Assembly: GCA_963785725.1 (NCBI GenBank)
Contig: CAWAWS010000022.1
Span: forward strand, 160,001 to 224,000
Direction of reading: 5' to 3'
Source: an uncultured delta proteobacterium
GTDB lineage: Bacteria > Myxococcota_A > Polyangia > Palsa-1104
DNA length: 64,000 bases
The notes under the pieces are model-generated. The model did not search any database, was not told the DNA's origin, and saw only the letters and a program-made list of their open reading frames with translations. The first letter of the stretch is position 1. Each line of letters opens with the position of its first letter. The translations under genes and the position numbers were made by a program. Below are positions 30,394 through 38,434 of the stretch, one piece after another.

Positions 30394-31143
30394 TCATGGA
30401 AAGTGCAGCTTCAGGGGCGGCGGCGACAGTGTGCGTTTCTCGTTCTGGCGTATGAGCTCGTCGCGCTTGGCGTGCACTTCCAGCTGGTAGTCGACACCGG
30501 CAACGCGAAAGCGAAGCTTGCTGTGTGGCGGCTCGGACGCGCGACAATAGGTCGTGTATCCCGCGACGAAGGGATTGGTGCAACTCGGCGCGCCGCTCGC
30601 CCCCACCGCGCACACGACGACGCGTTGCTCGCATTGGTACCACGCGTCGAAGCGTGGATGCTCAAGCCACTGCGCCGTCTGACCGCACCTCCAATCGATA
30701 TACGATCCGCGAACGAGCAGCGCGCCGTCGCCGGTGCTCGTGATGTCATCGATCTCGGAGATGTAGCGCCCGCCATTGTGAGGAAACGACCTCACCCAAT
30801 CGTCCACCCAATCGTATCGGCGCTGCCACCAGCCGGCGTCGGTACGAAGAGCGAATTCGCAGCGCGCGAGTAAGCCGCCCCAATGAATGACACGCGCCTC
30901 GAGGAACGGCGGTCCAAGTTGCAGGGGCTCGAGTCCAGCAACGCCGCAGTCGCGTGGGGGCGTCGTGCACATGGCGGGGTCGGCCTCTTTCGCTCGGCAG
31001 AGGTCGGCAAGCGTGGCATAGGGGCCATCCATCGGCGCTGCGAACCTGTCCGTCGACGTCGTGGGAGTACCTGTGTCGCGAGGCGGCTCCGCGAATGCAG
31101 AGAGCCCGGAGAGCATGACGAGCGTGAGGAGTGTGGAGCGCAT
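30394..31143 (-). CDS. Hypothetical secreted Cys/Trp-rich protein
   Basis: 249 aa, signal peptide MRSTLLTLVMLSGLSAFA, VVCAVGASGAPSCT motif. Confidence 0.7.
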   Translation of the reverse strand: MRSTLLTLVMLSGLSAFAEPPRDTGTPTTSTDRFAAPMDGPYATLADLCRAKEADPAMCTTPPRDCGVAGLEPLQLGPPFLEARVIHWGGLLARCEFALRTDAGWWQRRYDWVDDWVRSFPHNGGRYISEIDDITSTGDGALLVRGSYIDWRCGQTAQWLEHPRFDAWYQCEQRVVVCAVGASGAPSCTNPFVAGYTTYCRASEPPHSKLRFRVAGVDYQLEVHAKRDELIRQNEKRTLSPPPLKLHFP

Positions 31144-31220
31144 GGTCTACGTCAGAATACGCCCGTCACCGCCCACGGACTTCCCAGGCATCGTCGTTGA
31201 CGACACCTTAGTTAGCTAAG

Positions 31221-31379
31221 GAGCTCGCCAAGAAGAGCTACGCCGTCGACGTCGCCGACATCCTGCAATTGTCGGACGCAACCTTTCAGTACCTCGACGC
31301 CCAGTTCCGTCAGGTGACCGCTACGCTGAGCCTGAATCAGGCGTGGGCGAGGCTGCACTGGGCGCTCGGCCGGCCGTAG
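31221..31379 (+). pseudogene. 3' remnant of a TolC/OEP outer-membrane efflux gene
   Basis: ELAKKSYAVDVADILQLSDATFQYLDAQFRQVTATLSLNQAWARLHWALGRP* matches the OEP C-terminal pattern. No upstream part. Confidence 0.5.
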
Positions 31380-31429
31380 CGACTCATACATCTCGACGCC
31401 CGGACCGCGGGCGCTACCTTTACCCTTCG

Positions 31430-32074
31430 ATGCGTGTCTACATCGAGCTCGGCTCGGTCTTGGCCGGAGCGCTGTCAGGCGCCCTCCATGGGCTGCGGCG
31501 CAAGTTCGACCTGGTCGGGATTGTCATCATCGCCATCGCGACCGGCCTCGGCGGCGGAATGCTGCGCGACGTGCTGTTGTCGCAGGGCCCTCCGGTCGCT
31601 CTCCGTCACGAGGCATATCTGCTGACGGCGCTCGCCGGCGGTGTCGTCTGCACGCTGTTCGCCACTCTGATCTCACGGCTCGGCTCGGCCCTGGCGCTCG
31701 CCGACGCCCTCTCCCTGGGACTCTTCGCCATCGCTGGCCTACAACGCGCCTACTCCGTCGGGCTCGCCTCCGGGTCCGCCATCTTCGTTGGCGTCGTCGC
31801 GGGCTGTGGCGGCGGCGTGGTGCGCGACGTGCTGTGCCGCGAGACGCCCGAGCTGCTGACGCCGGGCATCCCCAACGCAACCGCTGCCCTGCTCGCCTGT
31901 CTGGTCGATTCGACGGTCACTTCGCTTCTGAAGTGGGCCGAGCCGAGCGGACAGATCCTCGGGATTACTGCCTGCATGAGCGTCCGGCTCGTGGCTCTCC
32001 GACACGACTGGCGGATCCCCATGCCTCCCGACCTGACCTGGCGACGGAATCCGTCACAGCGCAATCCGACCTGA
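31430..32074 (+). CDS. TRIC/UPF0126 (YadS-like) membrane protein
   Basis: ALSGAL, FDLVG, TGLGGGMLRDVLL, DALSLGLF, GCGGGVVRDVL.RETP (duplicated GGG..RD motif). Confidence 0.9.
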   Translation: MRVYIELGSVLAGALSGALHGLRRKFDLVGIVIIAIATGLGGGMLRDVLLSQGPPVALRHEAYLLTALAGGVVCTLFATLISRLGSALALADALSLGLFAIAGLQRAYSVGLASGSAIFVGVVAGCGGGVVRDVLCRETPELLTPGIPNATAALLACLVDSTVTSLLKWAEPSGQILGITACMSVRLVALRHDWRIPMPPDLTWRRNPSQRNPT

Positions 32075-32150
32075 CGAGCGACGGTTGACCGGGGCAGCTC
32101 ATGACCTATCCATTGTCGTCATCGGGCCATGACGGCGCGAGGGGTGAATC

Positions 32151-33542
32151 ATGCTGCACGTCGTGAAGTCGCGTCTCACCCTGCCGCGTGACGAGGTCTT
32201 CGGTGATCCAGAGCTCAGCCAGGCGCTGCCGAAGTACAAGATGCCCGAGCGCGAGAAGCTCCCGTTCGATGCCTATCAAGCGGTGCACGACGAGTTGGCG
32301 CTCGATGGCAACGCGCGCCTCAACCTGGCGACGTTCTGTCAGACCTGGCTCGAGCCTCAGGTCCACGAGCTGATGAGCGAGTGCATCGACAAGAACATGG
32401 TCGACAAGGATGAGTATCCGCAGACGGCGGAGATCGAATCGCGCTGCGTACACATCCTGGCCGACTTGTGGCACTCGCCGGACGCCGCCTACACGCTCGG
32501 GACGTCGACCACGGGCTCGAGCGAAGCGGCGATGCTCGCCGGCCTCGCGCTCAAGTGGCGCTGGCGCAAGCGCATGGAGGCGGCGAAGCGACCTACCGGG
32601 AAACCGAACTTCGTGTGCGGGCCAGTCCAGATCTGCTGGCACAAGTTTGCCCGATACTTCGACGTCGAGATGCGACAGGTGCCGCTGGAAAAGGGCCGCC
32701 TGATGATGACGGCCGAAGAGGCGATCAAGCGCTGCGACGAGAATACGATCGCCGTCGTGCCGACGCTGGGCCTCACTTATACGCTGCAGTATGAACCGGT
32801 CCCGGCCATCGCCCAGGCGCTCGACGATCTGCAGAAGCGCGCCGGCCTCGACATTCCCATCCACGTCGATGCGGCGAGCGGTGGCTTTCTGGCGCCCTTC
32901 CTGACCCCCGCGCTGCCTTGGGACTTTCGCCTGCCGCGCGTGCACTCGATCAACGCCTCCGGCCACAAGTTCGGCCTGGCTCCGCTCGGCTGCGGCTGGA
33001 TCCTCTGGCGCGACGCCGAGGACCTCGCCGAGGAGCTGATCTTCAGGGTCAACTACCTGGGCGGCAACATGCCGACATTCGCGCTCAACTTCTCGCGGCC
33101 GGGCGGCCAGATCGTCGCCCAATACTACGACCTCGTTCGACTCGGTCGGCAGGGCTATACCCGGATCCACCAGGCCTGCTCCAACACCGCCGCCTGGCTC
33201 GCCGATCAGATCGCCAGCGTCGGGCCGTTCTCCATGATCTACGACGGTCGTGGCGGAATCCCCGGCTGCACCTGGACCCTCCGGGACGGCGCCAACCCCG
33301 GCTATAGCCTGTTCGACCTGGCCGAAAAACTGCGTGCGCGCGGCTGGCAGGTGCCCGCCTATTCGTTGCCGGCAAACGTGACCTCCACCGTCATCCAGCG
33401 CGTCTTGGTCAAGAATGGCTTCTCGCGCGATCTGGCCGGCCTACTCGTGCAGGATATGAAACGGAGCGTCTCGCAGCTCTCGAAGAATCCACCCAGCCAA
33501 TCCCTGACCGAGAAGGACGCGGGCTCCTTCACGCACAGCTGA
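32151..33542 (+). CDS. gadB: Glutamate decarboxylase
   Basis: [59 protein letters not shown] (PLP Lys), VNYLGG, LNFSRP, GWQVPAY. Confidence 0.97.
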   Translation: MLHVVKSRLTLPRDEVFGDPELSQALPKYKMPEREKLPFDAYQAVHDELALDGNARLNLATFCQTWLEPQVHELMSECIDKNMVDKDEYPQTAEIESRCVHILADLWHSPDAAYTLGTSTTGSSEAAMLAGLALKWRWRKRMEAAKRPTGKPNFVCGPVQICWHKFARYFDVEMRQVPLEKGRLMMTAEEAIKRCDENTIAVVPTLGLTYTLQYEPVPAIAQALDDLQKRAGLDIPIHVDAASGGFLAPFLTPALPWDFRLPRVHSINASGHKFGLAPLGCGWILWRDAEDLAEELIFRVNYLGGNMPTFALNFSRPGGQIVAQYYDLVRLGRQGYTRIHQACSNTAAWLADQIASVGPFSMIYDGRGGIPGCTWTLRDGANPGYSLFDLAEKLRARGWQVPAYSLPANVTSTVIQRVLVKNGFSRDLAGLLVQDMKRSVSQLSKNPPSQSLTEKDAGSFTHS

Positions 33543-33726
33543 GCACTGCGACCTCCACGGGGCGACGACAGCGGCGCCAGCGACTTCTGCACGGTACGCA
33601 GCCTCGGCATGTCCGACCCCGAGTTAGTCAGAATTGAAAGCGGCGCAGCGTGGCGAAGTCGTCTTCTCGTCGCGCGCGCGTGTCAGATGATTCGTACAAT
33701 CGATCTCGAGGATTGATGTCGATAAG

Positions 33727-36700
33727 ATGAGCCCGATGGGTCTTTCTTATGTGCGTCCTCTCGTCCTGGCGCTGATCCTCGTCGCAGGTTGCAGCCGAAC
33801 CAAGAGCAACTCGGGTGATCAGGATTTGTCGACGGCCGCTAGTGCGGACCTCGGCAACGGCAACGACCTCGCGCAGTCGATCATGCCGGCGACGTGCGGC
33901 AACGGCATGATCGATCCGGGCGAGACCTGCGACGACGGCAACAGCACGAGCGGGGACGGCTGCTCCTCGACGTGTCAGACGGAGATCGGCTGGGCCTGCC
34001 CGATGGTCGGCATGCCCTGCGTGCGCCAAGTCTACTGCGGCGACGGCATCGTCGAAGCGCCGGAGACCTGCGACGACGGCAATACAACGCCCGGCGACGG
34101 GTGCTCCGGCACCTGTCAGCTCGAGCCCAACTACACCTGCATGACGCCGACGCCGCCTCCGAACCCGCCTCACGAGGTGTGCACGTCGTCCATCATCTGC
34201 GGCAACGGAACCGTCGATCCGGGCGAAGAGTGCGACACCGGCAGCAACAACGGTGTGAGCGGCAGCGGTTGCACCGCGAGCTGCCAGATCGTGAGCGGCT
34301 ACATCTGTAGCGGCATGCCCTCCGTGTGCACGCTGAACACGAACACGCCGGTGTGCGGTGATGGTCGCGTCGAGGCCGGCGAGCAGTGCGACGCGGGTAG
34401 CGCGCTCAACGGCGTCGCCGGCAGTGGATGCTCCGCTACCTGCCAGCTGGTCGCCGGCTACCAATGCCCCACGCCCGGAATGGCGTGTGTCCTCATCTGC
34501 GGTAACGGCGTCATCAACGCCAACCTCGGCGAGCAGTGCGACGCGGGCAGCCAGAACGGCGTCGCCGGCAGCGGCTGCTCCGCCACCTGCCAGATCGTAA
34601 CCGATTACTCCTGCACCGGCGCGCCGTCGGTGTGCACGCTGAGCGTCGTCTGCGGCAACGGCCGTGTCGACGCTGGCGAGCAGTGCGACGAGGGCAGCAC
34701 CGACAGCCTGAGCCACGCGTCTTGCACGACGCCGGGAACGGGCACTTGCGTGTCGAACAACAACGGCAACAACGGCTGCTCGCCGACGTGCCAGATCGTG
34801 ATGGGCTGGAGCTGCCCGTCTCCGGACTCGCCTTGCGTCGCGGCGAAGTGCGGCGACGGCATCAAGGCCGGCAACGAGCAGTGCGACGCGGGCGCGGCGA
34901 ACGGCACCGGCGGTCAGGGCTGCTCGGCGACTTGCACCATCATCCCCGGCTGGGTCTGCACCGTCGACGGCAATGGCATGACCTCGGTCTGCAACACCGC
35001 GACCACGTGCGGCGACGGCAACTGGCAAGGCTCGGAGGGCTGCGACGACGGCAACCTCATCCCGTACGATGGCTGTTCGCCGACCTGCACGGTCGAGCCG
35101 GGCTGGTCTTGCGTCAACACCGTCACGTCCAACCCAGCCACGCCCGTCCCCTCGGTGTGCACGCATAGCGGCGGCACGTCGACGTGCGGCAACGGCCTCG
35201 TCGAGCCGGGGGAAAAGTGCGACGACGGTGCGCTCAACGGCACCTCCGGCGACGGCTGCTCGGCGAGCTGCCAGTTCGCGACGGGTTACACGTGCACGCT
35301 GCAAACGCAGGCCGCGCCGAGCTCGCTGACGATCCCGATCCTTTATCGCGACATGATCCACGAGAACAACGGCAAGACTTCACCGCCGGCCGGAACGACG
35401 CCCTGCCCAGACTTCGACAACACGGCGGTCACCAGCACGGGTGACGCGCAAGGCGACCTTCAGACCTTGACCGATTCGAGCGCGAAGCCGGTCTACAGCT
35501 CGACCCCGGCCGTTCCCGCACGGTTCGTCGGCGACACGGTGCTCTCACCCAACCTGACCGCCGCGCAGGTCTACTGCTGGTGGTATCACGACACGAGCTG
35601 CAGCGGCGCTGGCACCACCAACCCCTACGCGCAGACCGTCTACATGACCGGCGCGTGGAACACGGGCACGAAGACGTACGGTGGCTCGCCGACGACGCTC
35701 ACGCTCACGACGCTCGACGCCGTTCCGACCGCCAACAGCGTCTACACGTTCTCCAGTCCGCCGAACATAAGGACCACGAAGACGGGATCCACGGCGGCGT
35801 GCAGCACTGCTGGCCTCTGCGCCGCCGGCAACACCTACGTCCCCGACGGCACCTGTGCCTGCACCGGCTCGGGCTCAGGCACGTCGTGCACGGGCGACTG
35901 CGCGAACTACTCCTCGACGGGCTTCTTCCCGATCGATGGCCTCGGCTGGAACGATCCGAACCTCCACCCGGGCAAGTCGCAGGTCGACGTTGCCGACGAC
36001 GGCAAGTCGCACAACTTCTCGTTCACCAGCGAGATGCACTACGTCTTCACGTACAACTCTGCGAGCTCGCCGTCGTTCGCCTTCACCGGCGACGACGACG
36101 TGTGGTTCTTCATCAATGGTCACCTCGTCGTGGACCTCGGCGGCATCCACTCCGCCGAAACCACGACCTACACACTCACGCCCACCTCGAAAGACGTGTC
36201 AGGAAATTCCCTCGGCCTCACCGACGGCAACTGGTACTCACTCGACGTCTTCCAGGCCGAGCGTCACATTACGGGCTCCGACTACACGCTCGCGCTGCAG
36301 GGCTTCGTGCACCAGACCAGCGTGTGCTCTCCAATCTGCGGCGACGGCGTCGTCGAGGCCGGCGAGGCTTGCGACGCTGGTAGCACCGACACCGTCACGC
36401 ACCTGCCCTGCACGACGCCGGGCACGCCGGCCACCTGCGTCTCCAACAACGCGGGCAGCGCGGGGAGCATCGCGTACAACGGCTGCTCGGCCGACTGCAA
36501 GACGAGCGGGCCCTACTGCGGCGACGGCATCGTCGAGGGCACCGAGCAATGCGACAAGGGTGAGGCCAACTACACCTCGACCGCTTATGGCGCCGGCCAG
36601 TGCACGCCCGCGTGCAAGAACACGCCGTACTGCGGCGACGGCATCGTGCAGACGCAGTACGGCGAGCAGTGCGACCCCAACGACCCGGCGACCATGGCCA

Positions 36701-37326
36701 ACTGCAACAGCTCCTGCCTGCTCACCAACTTGTGCGGCGACGGCATCATCGAGGCGGGCGAAGCCTGTGACGACGGCGGCAACAACGGCGCCACCGGTGA
36801 TCCGTGCAGCGCGACTTGCACGCTGCGTTGCGGCGACGGCGTCGTCGAGACGGGCGAGTCCTGCGATCTCGGGAGTACCGACAGCGTGACGCATATGCCC
36901 TGCACCACTCCGGGCACCGGAACCTGCGTGTCCAACAACGTCGGTGGCTATGGCGGATGCAACGCCAACTGCACGTTCGGACCGTACTGCGGCGATGGCA
37001 TCAAGAACGGCACGGAGCAGTGCGACTTCGGCACCGCCAACAATGACGGCGCGTACGGCGGTTGCAACGCGAACTGCACACTCGGGCCGTACTGCGGCGA
37101 TGGCATCAAGAACGGCCCCGAGGCGTGCGACTGCGGCAACAGCGCTCAGGACAAGAACGCGTCGTGCACCGTGCTCAACAACCAGAACAACTACGGGCCC
37201 GGCGAGTGCACCAACACCTGCCAGACCGCGCCGTACTGCGGCGACGGCATCGTCGAGTCGTCCTTCGGCGAGCAATGCGACGGCGGCCCCGAGTGCACGG
37301 ACATGTGCAAGACAACCATTAGTTAG
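33727..37326 (+). CDS. Large lipoprotein with many Myxococcus cysteine-rich (DUF4215-type) repeats and a fibro-slime (PA14-like) domain
   Basis: Lipobox LVAG|C, repeated CG(N/D)G...E.CD.G...GC...C, and FFPID, HNFSFTSE, F.GDDDVW.FING.LVVDLGGIH, FQAERH. Confidence 0.93.
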   Translation: MSPMGLSYVRPLVLALILVAGCSRTKSNSGDQDLSTAASADLGNGNDLAQSIMPATCGNGMIDPGETCDDGNSTSGDGCSSTCQTEIGWACPMVGMPCVRQVYCGDGIVEAPETCDDGNTTPGDGCSGTCQLEPNYTCMTPTPPPNPPHEVCTSSIICGNGTVDPGEECDTGSNNGVSGSGCTASCQIVSGYICSGMPSVCTLNTNTPVCGDGRVEAGEQCDAGSALNGVAGSGCSATCQLVAGYQCPTPGMACVLICGNGVINANLGEQCDAGSQNGVAGSGCSATCQIVTDYSCTGAPSVCTLSVVCGNGRVDAGEQCDEGSTDSLSHASCTTPGTGTCVSNNNGNNGCSPTCQIVMGWSCPSPDSPCVAAKCGDGIKAGNEQCDAGAANGTGGQGCSATCTIIPGWVCTVDGNGMTSVCNTATTCGDGNWQGSEGCDDGNLIPYDGCSPTCTVEPGWSCVNTVTSNPATPVPSVCTHSGGTSTCGNGLVEPGEKCDDGALNGTSGDGCSASCQFATGYTCTLQTQAAPSSLTIPILYRDMIHENNGKTSPPAGTTPCPDFDNTAVTSTGDAQGDLQTLTDSSAKPVYSSTPAVPARFVGDTVLSPNLTAAQVYCWWYHDTSCSGAGTTNPYAQTVYMTGAWNTGTKTYGGSPTTLTLTTLDAVPTANSVYTFSSPPNIRTTKTGSTAACSTAGLCAAGNTYVPDGTCACTGSGSGTSCTGDCANYSSTGFFPIDGLGWNDPNLHPGKSQVDVADDGKSHNFSFTSEMHYVFTYNSASSPSFAFTGDDDVWFFINGHLVVDLGGIHSAETTTYTLTPTSKDVSGNSLGLTDGNWYSLDVFQAERHITGSDYTLALQGFVHQTSVCSPICGDGVVEAGEACDAGSTDTVTHLPCTTPGTPATCVSNNAGSAGSIAYNGCSADCKTSGPYCGDGIVEGTEQCDKGEANYTSTAYGAGQCTPACKNTPYCGDGIVQTQYGEQCDPNDPATMANCNSSCLLTNLCGDGIIEAGEACDDGGNNGATGDPCSATCTLRCGDGVVETGESCDLGSTDSVTHMPCTTPGTGTCVSNNVGGYGGCNANCTFGPYCGDGIKNGTEQCDFGTANNDGAYGGCNANCTLGPYCGDGIKNGPEACDCGNSAQDKNASCTVLNNQNNYGPGECTNTCQTAPYCGDGIVESSFGEQCDGGPECTDMCKTTIS

Positions 37327-37624
37327 CTGCATTGCGCCACTGATTCTTGGCCCGCGGCGTCTTCGTCGAGCGCACGCGTCGCCTCGTCGCGGCACCAGGC
37401 GAAGAATCGATCCACAACCGAGCGCGATTCCTGCCGCCGGACGACCCTCCAGTGTCCGAGCCATCGGCCGCGAGCGCGCTCGCTTCAGTTAATAATGACT
37501 TTATCGATATTATTTGATGTCTAATGATATTGGTTTCTATTTCAGCCGATAACAAGCGATCGCCGTCGCCGTAAAGCGAGTGGCGCAAGTCGAATAGGTC
37601 ATTTGGAGGCGAGTGGACCGCGAG

Positions 37625-38434
37625 CTACCAGGTGGGAACGACGAAGCCGGATTGGGGCCGAGCGAAGAGAAAGCCTTGAAGCAGGCTGAGGCCGTCCAGC
37701 TCGAGCGCGTCGCGTTCGCCGCGGGTCTCCACGCCTTCGCAGATGACGTGGACGCCGAGGTCTCGCCCAAGGATCCTGGCCAGGCCCTGAACGAGGCTGC
37801 GCTTGCGCACGAAGCGGTCGACGCCGCGGATGAGCGCGGCGTCGAGCTTGACGAACGTCGGCTCCAGCTCCCACAGGCTGTTGAGCCCTGCGTAGCCGGC
37901 GCCCAGATCATCGAGCGCCAGCCGGAAGCCGAGCGCGCGCAGCCGCGCCAGCCGCGTCGACAGGCCCGAGACCTCGTGCAGCGACGACCGCTCGGTGATC
38001 TCGAGGACGACCCGGTCGGCGAACGCCGTCAGCGGCGCGGCAGCGGAGATCAGCTCGTTGTCGTTGAGCTCGCCGGCCTCGACGTTGACGAAGATGTCGG
38101 TGTCGTAGGGGGCGCGCGGTAGCTCCGCCGCTACCTGGCGCCGGATGGCGCGACCGAGGTCGTGCAGCCGGCCCAGCCGTCGCGCGGCGTCGAACAGCGC
38201 GCCCGGTCCCGACAACGACGGCTCGTGCGAGCGCACCAAGGCCTCGTAGCCGAAGACGGCGCGCGCACTCCAGTGGACGATGGGCTGAAACGCGATCCAA
38301 AGGCGCTCGAGCGCACGCGCGAGCTGCCGCTCCAGCGCCGCGCCATGGCCGGCGGCCTCGGAGTCGGCCCGCGGCGCCTCGATCGCCGCGTCATCGCCGA
38401 CGAACGGACCGTGCTCGGGGGGTAAGTCCATCAT
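37625..38434 (-). CDS. Stand-alone EAL-domain c-di-GMP phosphodiesterase
   Basis: FQPIV, GYEALVR, FVN, LEITE, DDLGAGYAGL, VKLD, EGVET, QGFLFARP; the canonical motifs appear intact. Confidence 0.93.
   Translation of the reverse strand: MMDLPPEHGPFVGDDAAIEAPRADSEAAGHGAALERQLARALERLWIAFQPIVHWSARAVFGYEALVRSHEPSLSGPGALFDAARRLGRLHDLGRAIRRQVAAELPRAPYDTDIFVNVEAGELNDNELISAAAPLTAFADRVVLEITERSSLHEVSGLSTRLARLRALGFRLALDDLGAGYAGLNSLWELEPTFVKLDAALIRGVDRFVRKRSLVQGLARILGRDLGVHVICEGVETRGERDALELDGLSLLQGFLFARPQSGFVVPTW

Noticed and set aside
33628..37464. Long antisense ORFs (577 aa, 408 aa) and similar ones elsewhere (e.g. 44460..46235, 57778..59340)
   Set aside because: Typical stop-poor shadow frames opposite high-GC3 genes, with no motifs.
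37488..37545. dif/XerCD site
   Set aside because: AT-rich, but lacks the 11-6-11 layout and the TTATGTTAAAT XerD arm.
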